A DNA stretch of 64,000 bases from Thermofilaceae archaeon (GTDB lineage: Archaea; Thermoproteota; Thermoprotei; Thermofilales; Thermofilaceae), in assembly GCA_038727095.1 (NCBI GenBank), contig JAVYWK010000001.1, positions 32,001 to 96,000 on the forward strand, given 5' to 3'. The notes beneath the pieces are model-generated. The model searched no databases and had not been told where the DNA came from. It saw nothing but the letters and a program-made list of their open reading frames with translations. The translations under genes and the position numbers were made by a program. Below, piece after piece: positions 18,515 through 27,673 of this stretch (the first letter of the stretch is position 1; each line of letters starts with the position of its first letter).

Positions 18515-19251
18515 GGTGTAAGGGAGGGATCTTGGAGCTCGTGGAGACGGGCATCGAGGGCTTAGACGATGTCATAGGTGGGGGCTTCATAAAGGGGAGG
18601 ACGTACCTTGTTGCCGGCGAAACTGGTACCGGGAAGACCCTCTTCTCGCTCAACTTCCTGCTGCATGGCGTTGCGAAGGGGGAGAGCGGTGTCTATCTCC
18701 TGGTGGACGAGGAGTACGAGAGCTTCGTGGAGGGCGCGAAATCCTTCGGCTGGGACATCGAGCCGCTGATAAAGACCGGGCAGCTCTACGTCGTTACTCT
18801 GCTACCCGATTTCATCGAGCGTGTGCGAAGCAAGCCTGTGGAATCTGTGGTCGACTCCATTGTGAGCAACTTGAAAGAGGCTGTTGAGGAAGTGGGTGCC
18901 GAGAGGCTAGTGATCGACCCTATTGCTCCTCTGGTGGTGGAGGAGGAGAGCGTTGTGAAGATGCGGGACTACGTTAGGAGCTTGCTCGTGAACATTGAGC
19001 GGAAGATAGGGGCCACTACTTTAATCACCTCGGAGATCCCAACGGGTTCAACTCAGCTCAGCCGCTTCGGAGTTGAGGAGTTCCTGGCGGCAGGAATCTT
19101 AGTGCTAGGCCTCCGCTACGTGGGTAACAGGTACACGAGGACGATCTGGGTGAGAAAGATGCGATGGAGGCCGGCTGATCCGGCAGTCTACGAGTTTCAG
19201 ATAAAGCCCGGGAAGGGCATCGTTGTTTTGAAGGATAAGAGGCTGGCTTAG
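18511..19251 (+). CDS. KaiC/RAD55-family ATPase
   Basis: TGIEGLD, GETGTGKT, RLVIDP, KMR. Confidence 0.9.
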   Translation: MRCKGGILELVETGIEGLDDVIGGGFIKGRTYLVAGETGTGKTLFSLNFLLHGVAKGESGVYLLVDEEYESFVEGAKSFGWDIEPLIKTGQLYVVTLLPDFIERVRSKPVESVVDSIVSNLKEAVEEVGAERLVIDPIAPLVVEEESVVKMRDYVRSLLVNIERKIGATTLITSEIPTGSTQLSRFGVEEFLAAGILVLGLRYVGNRYTRTIWVRKMRWRPADPAVYEFQIKPGKGIVVLKDKRLA

Positions 19252-19252
19252 G

Positions 19253-19310
19253 GGCCTCGGCTCTGGTGTCGCTCATCAGGGGGCAGCTATACCAGCCTTC
19301 TTCATAGGCC
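19253..19310 (-). ncRNA. C/D-box sRNA targeting the 16S helix-18 region
   Basis: GGCCT/AGGCC stem, C ATGAAGA, C' CTGATGA, D CCGA. Guides GGCTGGTAT and GACACCAGA match 40474-40482 and 40496-40504. Confidence 0.85.
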
Positions 19311-19394
19311 CGTTTTCATATCCCCTTGGGTAAGATCAACTTTGCGCTGCCGAAAGAACATTTTTAACCTTGGCACGCTCGATGTTCGTCGCGA

Positions 19395-19697
19395 ATGAAT
19401 GCATGGTGCTACGTGAAAGTGCACAGGCAAGGCGGAGATATGCTGGTGGCCGTGTGCGATGAAGAGCTTCTCGGGAGAGAGCTCGATACCGGTAGTTTCA
19501 AGCTTCCGATACGCCCGGAGTTCTACGCAGGTGAAAGGGTGCCTCTCGATCGCCTCTGGGAGTACCTTGAGGGGGCGACGATGATTAACGCGTTTGGTGA
19601 TAGGGTTGTCTCTGAGCTTGCGAAGCGCATACCGATCATCAACTTAGCGGCGGTAAGAATTGGTGGGGTGCTGCACGTACAGTTGATACTGAGGTGA
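19395..19697 (+). CDS. DUF424 family protein
   Basis: LVAVCDEELLG, FYAG, IGGVLHVQ. Confidence 0.85.
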   Translation: MNAWCYVKVHRQGGDMLVAVCDEELLGRELDTGSFKLPIRPEFYAGERVPLDRLWEYLEGATMINAFGDRVVSELAKRIPIINLAAVRIGGVLHVQLILR

Positions 19698-20782
19698 CGG
19701 GCTTGGCGCCGGGGAAAAATGGCCTCCTGTCCAGATTATGCCCTGTCTGCGGTAAAGAGGTTAGAGAGCTCTACAACGGGGTTTGCGAAGAATGTTTCAG
19801 AGCAAGGTGGAGCTCCGTTGAGGTGCCCCGAGCCATCGAGGTGACAGTGTGCAAGGTGTGCGGGGCTTACAAGCTGGGGGGTAGGTGGAGGAAAGCGGCT
19901 GGGGGCGACCCTATCGTCGAGGCTGTGAAGGCCGAAGTGAAGAGGAGAGGAAAGACCAGGGGTAGGATCCGCTCTTTGGATGTGAGCCTCGTGGAGGGGG
20001 ATCGCGTGACAATCAGAGTGGTGAGCACCCCTGAGGGGGGCGTGGCGCCTCAAGAGGAGTTGCACGAGGCTGCACTGCACGTGCAGTGGGCTCTGTGCTC
20101 AGATTGCATCATGGCAAAGTCGAGGAGAGAAGCTGCACGCATCCAGGTGCGGGCTAGGGGGAGGCCCTTAACAGCCAGTGAGGTGGAGGAAGTCAAGAGG
20201 ATCGTGGAACGAGGTTTAAGCGCTAGATGGCGTGGGAGCCTCGATCTTTTCGAGGTGGAGGAGAGAGAGGGGGGTGTCGACTTCGTATTCTCCTCTCAAC
20301 CCAGCGCTCGACTAGCTGTGAGCGCGCTAAAGCGCGAGCTCTTCGCTTCCATTTTGGAGACTCGTAAATCTGCTGGCAGCGTATCGGGTAAGCCTGTCGC
20401 CAGGATTACTCTAAGAGTCCTTCTACCGGGTTTCAGGCCGGGTGACATCATTGAGTTTGAGCAACGAGTATACTACGTCCTTGAAGTCGCGCGGCAAGGC
20501 GTGAGAGCGCTCTGCTTACAGACGTACGACGAGCGCACGTTAAGCAACGTGAGGCAACTGATCGAGAGGAGCCGCGTTATACTCAGACGGGAGGAGCTGG
20601 AACCCGCTATTGTAGCTTCTGTAACAGGCGAGAACGTCGATGTGGTACTCACACGCTCTCGCAACGCCATCTCCTTCGCGCTCGCTAAGAAACCGAGCTG
20701 GCTGATCGAGGGGGGGCAAGTGATGCTGGCCTTCATTAACGGCCGGGCGTATCCAGTTCCGCTCGTCCGACCAGCCAGGTAG
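19694..20782 (+). CDS. Archaeal NMD3-related protein
   Basis: CPVCG...CEEC, CKVCG, CSDC, IQVR. Confidence 0.85.
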   Translation: MTGLAPGKNGLLSRLCPVCGKEVRELYNGVCEECFRARWSSVEVPRAIEVTVCKVCGAYKLGGRWRKAAGGDPIVEAVKAEVKRRGKTRGRIRSLDVSLVEGDRVTIRVVSTPEGGVAPQEELHEAALHVQWALCSDCIMAKSRREAARIQVRARGRPLTASEVEEVKRIVERGLSARWRGSLDLFEVEEREGGVDFVFSSQPSARLAVSALKRELFASILETRKSAGSVSGKPVARITLRVLLPGFRPGDIIEFEQRVYYVLEVARQGVRALCLQTYDERTLSNVRQLIERSRVILRREELEPAIVASVTGENVDVVLTRSRNAISFALAKKPSWLIEGGQVMLAFINGRAYPVPLVRPAR

Positions 20783-20819
20783 CGCAAGATATAAAGACGA
20801 CGAAAACACGCGAACGTTC

Positions 20820-21155
20820 GTGCCTAAAAGAAGGGGGGAGGAAGAAAGGAAGGACAGCATGCCGCTGCCTAACGGTAAGGACATGCTGCTGGGCGTTATC
20901 CAGCAGTTCCTGGGCTACGATCGAGCGAGAGTCCTTTGCGAAGACGGGAAGGTTAGGCTCTGCAGGATCCCCGGGAGGTACAAGAAGAGGGTTTGGATGA
21001 GGGTAGGGGATGTCGTACTCGTAGCCCCTTGGGAGTTTCAGCGCGACGAGAAAGGGGACATCATCTACAGGTACTCCGGCGGCGAAGTCCAGAAACTGGA
21101 TAGCATGAGACTCACAGAGGGGCTCAAGAAGGTGCTGGAAGGCACCTCCATGTGA
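20820..21155 (+). CDS. eif1a: Translation initiation factor aIF1A
   Basis: CEDGKVRLCRIPG, WMRVGDVVLVAPW, DIIYRY. Confidence 0.95.
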   Translation: MPKRRGEEERKDSMPLPNGKDMLLGVIQQFLGYDRARVLCEDGKVRLCRIPGRYKKRVWMRVGDVVLVAPWEFQRDEKGDIIYRYSGGEVQKLDSMRLTEGLKKVLEGTSM

Positions 21156-21284
21156 CACGGTATTCCTCGTAGTATCCGCTAAGACGGGTAAACAGATAGG
21201 CTTCGCTAAACGTTAGGTAGTTGGGGAATCAAGACGAGATCTGCTTGGCGGGGTCACACCACTGTTTTACTGTTGGCCCTGCAG

Positions 21285-22073
21285 TTAGCGCTCTTGCAAG
21301 CACCGTTGAAGGAATTTTCCGGGATCACCCGTTTCGACGCCGAGCCTGGCGAAGTAGAGGAAGATTTTACGGATATCCCGCTCCAGGAACTCCAGAGCTC
21401 TCGGATGCCGCGCGTCAACTGCTGAGCCGAAGTCGATGAGCACTAGCTCATCTCCTCTTACCATGACGTTATACTCGGATAGATCGGCGTGCACGAGCTT
21501 GGCCTTTCTGTATAAAGCGATAATGTACTGTTTCAGGGTTTCAAAAGCAGGAAGGGGGTTTTCAAGCTCTACGTCCTTCAGCAGCGGTGCCGGTCTACCG
21601 CGAGCTTCCGGGTCTCCGATGAACTCCATGACCAGTATGTTGCCACTCCTAGCGATCGGGCGGGGAACTCTCACCCCAGCTTCCCAAGCCCTGATCAGAT
21701 TCCTGTACTCCTTCGAGCACCACGCTTCAACGATTTTTCTGACGTCGCCCCTAAGCCTCCTGAACCTGGGATCACCCTCAAGGTAGGCGAGCCTACCCCT
21801 TCGAAATTCCGAAGCTGTGACAAGGTAGATCTTCAGAGCAAGATCCTCATCTTGCGAACCTTGAGCCCAGTATATCCTCGCCTCCTTCCCGGCCGCAACA
21901 GCCCCGTAAACCCTCTTTATGACTCCTTCATTCAGTAGCTTGTAGAGCGCCATCAAGGTTCTGTAATCAAAAACCTCTTCCACAACTTCCAGAATCCTAC
22001 TATCCTTCACCTTTTTTTCACTTTTCATTTTCTTAACAAGCTTATCAGTTATCTCATCTTCGCTCCATTGCAT
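21285..22073 (-). CDS. rio1: RIO1 kinase
   Basis: GKEA, VHADLSEYN, LIDFG. Confidence 0.93.
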   Translation of the reverse strand: MQWSEDEITDKLVKKMKSEKKVKDSRILEVVEEVFDYRTLMALYKLLNEGVIKRVYGAVAAGKEARIYWAQGSQDEDLALKIYLVTASEFRRGRLAYLEGDPRFRRLRGDVRKIVEAWCSKEYRNLIRAWEAGVRVPRPIARSGNILVMEFIGDPEARGRPAPLLKDVELENPLPAFETLKQYIIALYRKAKLVHADLSEYNVMVRGDELVLIDFGSAVDARHPRALEFLERDIRKIFLYFARLGVETGDPGKFLQRCLQER

Positions 22074-22304
22074 CCAAACGGAAAAGACCCGGCCGTTTTA
22101 AACTGTTTGCTTCGGGACGGTTGCCCTTACTCCCACCAGCGGTTCTTCGCCCGATCACAATAGTTTCGATAGCTCTGAAAGGCTTCCGCGAAAGTTGACG
22201 GGCACGGCTCTTTCCTGAATAGACACGCTGGGGCCCGGAGCAGTGATCCCTTCAGCCTCCAATGGTGCAGAAAGTTCTTAAGCTTGCAACACGAGAGCAG
22301 TACG

Positions 22305-22416
22305 GGGGCCGTAGTCCAGCTTGGTAGGATGCGCGGCTCGGGAGGTTTAGTCTCGGGATCCCGCGTAGGTTGAGCGCCGCGGAGGGACCCGGGTTCAAGT
22401 CCCGGCGGCCCCACCA
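22305..22416 (+). tRNA. tRNA-Pro(CGG) with two introns (37/38, 17 nt; 44/45, 18 nt), CCA encoded
   Basis: Cloverleaf restored after removing AGGTTTAGTCTCGGGAT and AGGTTGAGCGCCGCGGAG. Both form bulge-helix-bulge motifs. Confidence 0.9.
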
Positions 22417-22489
22417 CGAGGTCTTAAGATCTTCTGGAAGGGCAAGTATTGGAGGAAAATCTAAAGTGGGCGCTGTAGCCAATGAGCGT

Positions 22490-22984
22490 ATGCAGCTGGA
22501 CGAGCTGGATAGAGTTTTGCTTCGCTCGCTGCTAGCTAACGCGAGAGTTCCCCTATCTGAGGTGGCGAAGAGCATTGGGGCGGCTAGAACAACGCTGAGC
22601 GAGAGGCTTGATAGGCTTGAGCGAGAGGGGGTCGTGAAGGGGTACAGGGCAGACGTCGATTTGCGGAAACTCGGATACAAGTACGTCGCCTTTGTACTCG
22701 TTAAGGTCAGAAGGACGGGAGGTCTTCGAGGCGATAAGTCGAATCAGGAGCTCCTAGCGGAAAAAATCGTTGAAGATTGCTACACGCGGAAAGGCCTCCC
22801 CTGGGTCGAGGAAGCCCACATAATAACCGGTGAGTACGATCTCCTGCTTAAGGTCTGGGCGCGAGAGTGGGATGAACTGACCTCGTTTCTGATCAAGTAC
22901 ATGCCGGAGCACAACGATGTATTGCAAACCCACACAATTCTCGTGTTGAAGACGATTCAAGACGATAAGCGTCCCCCCCTCTAG
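22490..22984 (+). CDS. Lrp/AsnC transcriptional regulator
   Basis: LDELDRVLL...NAR...LEREGVVKGY, ITGEYDLLLKV. Confidence 0.9.
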   Translation: MQLDELDRVLLRSLLANARVPLSEVAKSIGAARTTLSERLDRLEREGVVKGYRADVDLRKLGYKYVAFVLVKVRRTGGLRGDKSNQELLAEKIVEDCYTRKGLPWVEEAHIITGEYDLLLKVWAREWDELTSFLIKYMPEHNDVLQTHTILVLKTIQDDKRPPL

Positions 22985-23043
22985 CAGCAAAATCCTGATG
23001 GACTATAAAAAGATTAAAAATAAAAAATAGGTAAATTTACTTT

Positions 23044-23481
23044 CTACTCTTTAATCATTTCCAGCACTAGTGACGGCATTACGTCGCGAGCGCCGTACTT
23101 GTTCTTGATCTCGTTTACGAACTTCTCTAGCTCAATGTTGTCTTTGGCCCAGTAGTCTACGATTACCATGTGGTCGCCGGATGTAACGGCCAGGAATTTG
23201 ACCTCCGGCAGTTCCGTGAGAGCCTTAATCACTTCAAGAAGCCTAGCGGCTTCAACGTTGAAGCCTATGATAGCTCTAGCCCTGTAACCCAGCTTCGAGT
23301 GATCCAGTCGGAGCCTGTAGCCCTTGATTATGCCCTCGTCCTCTAACCTTTTCAACCTCTTCCTAATGGCAACGTCGCTCATGCCAACCTTCTCTGCTAT
23401 CCTTGTTAACGGCATTCGGGCGTTATTTTCTAGCATCTTTATTATCTCCAAGTCCTTTTCATCTATTACCGAGCTCATCAT
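23044..23481 (-). CDS. Lrp/AsnC transcriptional regulator (LrpA-like)
   Basis: IDEKDLEII...NAR...LEDEGIIKGY, SGDHM. Confidence 0.9.
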   Translation of the reverse strand: MMSSVIDEKDLEIIKMLENNARMPLTRIAEKVGMSDVAIRKRLKRLEDEGIIKGYRLRLDHSKLGYRARAIIGFNVEAARLLEVIKALTELPEVKFLAVTSGDHMVIVDYWAKDNIELEKFVNEIKNKYGARDVMPSLVLEMIKE

Positions 23482-23552
23482 GTAAACGCTTGGGGGATGT
23501 AGTATTTTAATTTTTCTCTTCAATAAACTGTTGAATAATCCTTCGATTCTAT

Positions 23553-25463
23553 CTAAACAGCTCTGATTGATTCAAGGTTTTCAGGAGCGTATATCTCCAC
23601 GTTGGGGAAGATCCTCTCGAGACTTTTAGCGAACGTCTTCATTTTGTTCCTCTCGCCGTGGTTCAGGATTACCTTCCTAGGCGTCGGTGTTACCCTCTTC
23701 AGGTAAGATACAAGCTGCCTCCTGTCGCTATGCCCGGAGAACCCCTCAACCCTGTATATATGCATTTTCAACTCCCTCAGCTCCACTCTCCCCCGGCTGT
23801 CCACGAACGTGAGTTCCCTCAAGCCCTGCAGTATCTTCCTACCCAGCGTACCTTCCACCTGGTAGCTCACAAAGACGAGCGAGCTTCGCTCATCCTCAGC
23901 TAGGAGCTTCAAGTACTCCATCACGGGCCCGCCTGTAAGCATGCCTGAAGTGGCAAGTATGACGCAGGGTCGGGCTTCAATGACCTCCTCCCTTTCCTCA
24001 CCTTTCAAGACGTGCACATTGGGCGCGGTGAACGGATTGACTTTCCGGTATATCATTTCGCTGACTGTAGCGTTCTGGTACTCGGGGAAGACGGTGTGTA
24101 TAGCGTCGACCTCATCTATCATCCCCTCGATGAATATCGGGACGGTCGGCAGCTGGCCGGCCTCCATGGCTAGCCTGAGCGCCAGTAGGACTTCCTGAGC
24201 TCTACCAACTGCGAGTACCGGAATTAGCACCACTCCGTTCCTCCCTATCGTTTCCGCTACAACGTCTACTAGCTGCTTCGCCGCTTCGTCTCTGCTTGGT
24301 AGGATGTCATCCTTCCCGCTGTAGGTGGCTTCCAGTATTAGGACCTCAAGCCTGGGGAACTTAAAGTCGGCCGCGTCGAGCATCAGCGTATGCTCGAACT
24401 TGAAGTCTCCCGTGTAGACTATGTTGATGAGGCCCTCGCCTATGTGGAGGTGGACCATAGCGCCACCCAGGATGTGGCCAGACTTGTAGAGGGTTAGCTT
24501 CACATCGGGGGCGATGTCCGTCACTTCCCCGTAGGCGAGCGGGTAGGTGTGAAGCACCGCTGTCGCAATATCTTTTTCGCTGTAGGGTAGCGGCCTACCC
24601 TCTCTACGGGCCACCCTAAGGTAATCCTCCTGCACGAGCTTCATCAGGTAGAAGGTGGGCTCTGTCGCGTAGACTAGGCCGCGGTACCCGTACTTGAAGA
24701 GGTATGGTAGTGCTCCGCAGTGGTCTAAGTGGGAGTGCGTTATCACAACCGCATCCAGCTTGTCGACGTTGAATTCGGGAATCTCGAAGAACGGGTACTC
24801 ATCCGTGTTCGAAGTGGGCTTTATGCCGGCATCGAGGAGTATCTGACTCTCAGGCGTCTGTACTAGAATTGCACTTCGCCCGACCTCCTGGAAGCCGCCT
24901 AACCCGATGATCCTCACGTAGTTGTTTTCGAATAGTTTCGCGCGGAAGATCCTTTCCCCTGTCTGCTCCAGAAGGTTGGCGCGATCCTCCGCATGAACCC
25001 TAAAGAGCTCCCTAATCTCCGTAATGCTGGGCGAGCTGAGCGCTGGAGCTCGCAGAATGCGCGGGTGCCAGCCTGTCCTTCTGAAGATCTCCCTTCTCGT
25101 CTCTCCGCTCTTACCGATCACGTACCCAGGTTTCTCGGCTTCGATCTCAACCTCGCTCAGCTCCTCGTTGAAGTATATCCTGCGAATCCCGGCTTCCGGA
25201 GGTACGATGCTCCTTATCTCCCTTTCAGCCTCTTGCGCCTTTAGCCTAACAGCCTGGTCAGCTCTAACAACTATCCTTTTCTTTATAGTTTTTACTATCT
25301 CTTTTATCAACTTTTCTTCTTCGCTTATGAATATATCGGGTCTTCTTGTGTAAATCGCTATGCGCGGTCCCTCGAATTTTATATTTGTAACCTCTGCTTC
25401 AAGCGGTATCAATTCTAATATCTTCCTCCTAAGGTCTAATATAGTGCCTCTAAGAGCCTCCAT
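23553..25463 (-). CDS. fttA: Beta-CASP ribonuclease aCPSF1 (FttA)
   Basis: KH domains, HSHLDH, GHILG, TSGMLTGG, GFSGHSD. Confidence 0.95.
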   Translation of the reverse strand: MEALRGTILDLRRKILELIPLEAEVTNIKFEGPRIAIYTRRPDIFISEEEKLIKEIVKTIKKRIVVRADQAVRLKAQEAEREIRSIVPPEAGIRRIYFNEELSEVEIEAEKPGYVIGKSGETRREIFRRTGWHPRILRAPALSSPSITEIRELFRVHAEDRANLLEQTGERIFRAKLFENNYVRIIGLGGFQEVGRSAILVQTPESQILLDAGIKPTSNTDEYPFFEIPEFNVDKLDAVVITHSHLDHCGALPYLFKYGYRGLVYATEPTFYLMKLVQEDYLRVARREGRPLPYSEKDIATAVLHTYPLAYGEVTDIAPDVKLTLYKSGHILGGAMVHLHIGEGLINIVYTGDFKFEHTLMLDAADFKFPRLEVLILEATYSGKDDILPSRDEAAKQLVDVVAETIGRNGVVLIPVLAVGRAQEVLLALRLAMEAGQLPTVPIFIEGMIDEVDAIHTVFPEYQNATVSEMIYRKVNPFTAPNVHVLKGEEREEVIEARPCVILATSGMLTGGPVMEYLKLLAEDERSSLVFVSYQVEGTLGRKILQGLRELTFVDSRGRVELRELKMHIYRVEGFSGHSDRRQLVSYLKRVTPTPRKVILNHGERNKMKTFAKSLERIFPNVEIYAPENLESIRAV

Positions 25464-25483
25464 AGCTCCTATCTACACCCCCT

Positions 25484-26122
25484 CTACAGGATTTCTTCGC
25501 CTCGAATGACTCGTACACCGTCCTTCACTGTTACCACCGCTAAGTCCACTCCTTCACCGCTCCCAGGATCCCTTAAAGTCGCGGCTTTAACAGCTTGTAT
25601 AGCGAGCTTTATCGCCTCTTCAGGGTTCATGTCCTCTCTGTACTGGCTCTCTATGAGGCTGATCGCGTAGGGGGTGCCCGAGCCCGTCGCAGTGAACCTT
25701 TCCCGCGTGACAGTGCCGAGCCAGTCGAGGCTGTATAGGGCACCACCCTCATGGTCGACCCCTCCGATCAGCATCTGAACCACTATCATCGGTCTGCTCC
25801 TGAAGAGTATCGTTGAAGCCAGGGTAGCAATCGCCTGAACGCTAATCGGTTCTCCCACATTGCTCCGGTAGAGCAGCGCTTCTGCCCTTAACCTTTCAAC
25901 AAGCCACTGAGCGTCGCCTACGTAGCCGGCTATAGTAGCAGCGACGTGCTCATCGATCTTGTGTATCTTTTCAGCCCTTTTGTGCGCGATGAAGGAGCCG
26001 CTGATCGCCCTCCTATCCGCCGCTAAAACTATGAAGTCCTTGAAGGCCATGCCTACGGTTGTTGTACCCTTGAGCGGTTCCACGCTCAAGTAGGGTTTAC
26101 CACTTGAAAAGGCAGGTTGCAT
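25484..26122 (-). CDS. psmB: Proteasome beta subunit
   Basis: KG/TTTVG, AADRR, TGSG, RDPGSG. Confidence 0.95.
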   Translation of the reverse strand: MQPAFSSGKPYLSVEPLKGTTTVGMAFKDFIVLAADRRAISGSFIAHKRAEKIHKIDEHVAATIAGYVGDAQWLVERLRAEALLYRSNVGEPISVQAIATLASTILFRSRPMIVVQMLIGGVDHEGGALYSLDWLGTVTRERFTATGSGTPYAISLIESQYREDMNPEEAIKLAIQAVKAATLRDPGSGEGVDLAVVTVKDGVRVIRGEEIL

Positions 26123-26160
26123 GGTCTTCCAGCGTACCAGCGCGTCACAGCTTAAAAAAC

Positions 26161-26613
26161 ATGTCGCCACCAGACCTCGTGCCTAAGCTGGCGATGGTTC
26201 CAGAGCCCCAAGCGTCCCGCGGCTTCATTTTCAGAGCGGTAATCGATCCTCGGTGCTCCAGGTGTGGCTACTACTCGGTTTGCTCGAAGAATTTGAGGCA
26301 AGGATGGCGTTACAAAGTGCTTTCGGTTAGGAGAGTTGCACACGTTTGCCCCATACTGGGCGAAAAAATGTACGTTGTTGAGATAGAGGAAGCTCCTCTT
26401 CGAGTGGTTGTCGATAGTAAGGTGGCGGTAGCAGGGTTGAAGCTTCGATACAAGCGGGTTGCTTGCGACGAGAGAAAGTGCACTATCCGGAGTTACTGCG
26501 CCCAAGCGCCGCTTCTCGACGGAGAGAACGTAAGGGTGGCTGGGGTGCTTAACCGCGTTGAGTGCCTGCGCGGGTTTCATCTGGCCCTTGTCGAGCTCGT
26601 CCCTGCGGAGTAA
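26161..26613 (+). CDS. UPF0179 family protein
   Basis: Cys pattern CxxC...C, YKVLSVR...HVCP. Confidence 0.75.
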   Translation: MSPPDLVPKLAMVPEPQASRGFIFRAVIDPRCSRCGYYSVCSKNLRQGWRYKVLSVRRVAHVCPILGEKMYVVEIEEAPLRVVVDSKVAVAGLKLRYKRVACDERKCTIRSYCAQAPLLDGENVRVAGVLNRVECLRGFHLALVELVPAE

Positions 26614-26663
26614 AAGCTCTTATACGTCAACAGGCTTGGGCTTCTGTGTCAACAGGGGAGAGA

Positions 26664-26804
26664 ATGTACAAGTGCGCTAAGTGCGGCAAGGAGTTCTCCA
26701 AGTCCGATATGGAGATACTGCCGGGTGTCAAGTGTCCCTTCTGCGGCTGGCGGATAGTGATAAAGCTTCGGGCACCTGCGATTAGGAAGATTAGAGCTGT
26801 TTAA
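26664..26804 (+). CDS. rpo12: RNA polymerase subunit Rpo12 (P)
   Basis: YKCAKCG...VKCPFCGWRIVIKLR. Confidence 0.9.
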   Translation: MYKCAKCGKEFSKSDMEILPGVKCPFCGWRIVIKLRAPAIRKIRAV

Positions 26805-27673
26805 CTCTGGGTCAAGAGGATTAGGCATCTCATTAGGAGCTTCGCTGCAATACGGCTGGTCAGGTCGTTTACATCCACGAGAGGGTTGACTTCGACCACA
26901 TCGAGGCCCGCCACTCCCCCTTCGAATACCGGCGAGAGGATGTCCAGTATCTGGTAGTAGTTTAAACCGCCCGGTTCCGGACACCCGACGCCTGGAGCTA
27001 CTGATGGGTCAAGGACGTCGATATCGATGCTCACGTAGAATGGCCTGCTCAACGTGCTCAACGCGGCTTCGATCTCGCTTCTCCCAGCCCACGGGTGTAG
27101 AACAGTGACTCTGTCGTCCAGGGATAGCGCTTCGACCTCCTCCTTCGAGAAAGCGCGTGCACCTATGACTACCGCCTCCTTCACCAGCACCTCTCTAGCC
27201 CGCCTCAGCACGGTTGCATGACTGAGCCTATCTCCACGTGGATACTCGTTACGGTAATCTAAGTGCGCATCGAACACCACCATCGAAATGGGATGCTTCA
27301 TGCCGCTGAGCACCCCCAGCGTTACGGTGTGGTCGCCGCCGAGGCACGCAACCAACTTTCCCCTCTCGAGCAGCCCTTCAACAACCTTCGATACATCCTT
27401 GATCATTACTTCGGGGTTCAGGGATGTCACAACGTCCCCCACATCGGCTACCGGAAGCTCCTCGACGTTAACCCTCAATTGAGGATCAAAGGCTTCAAGC
27501 GCGTGAGACACTTCCCTCACTCGCGCTGGAGCGTAGCGGCAGCCAGGTGCGCAGGTTGAGCTGCTGTCGTAGGGGACGCCCAGTATAACCACCTTGGCGC
27601 TCGCTGGGTCGCTCGAGAAGCCGAGGAAGGTCGGCCTTCTCGGCTCAACCAGGAAACTATGGTAATCTTCCAT
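26801..27673 (-). CDS. speB: Agmatinase
   Basis: GGDH, DAHLD, SHA, DIDVLDPSVAPG, EPGG. Confidence 0.9.
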   Translation of the reverse strand: MEDYHSFLVEPRRPTFLGFSSDPASAKVVILGVPYDSSSTCAPGCRYAPARVREVSHALEAFDPQLRVNVEELPVADVGDVVTSLNPEVMIKDVSKVVEGLLERGKLVACLGGDHTVTLGVLSGMKHPISMVVFDAHLDYRNEYPRGDRLSHATVLRRAREVLVKEAVVIGARAFSKEEVEALSLDDRVTVLHPWAGRSEIEAALSTLSRPFYVSIDIDVLDPSVAPGVGCPEPGGLNYYQILDILSPVFEGGVAGLDVVEVNPLVDVNDLTSRIAAKLLMRCLILLTQS

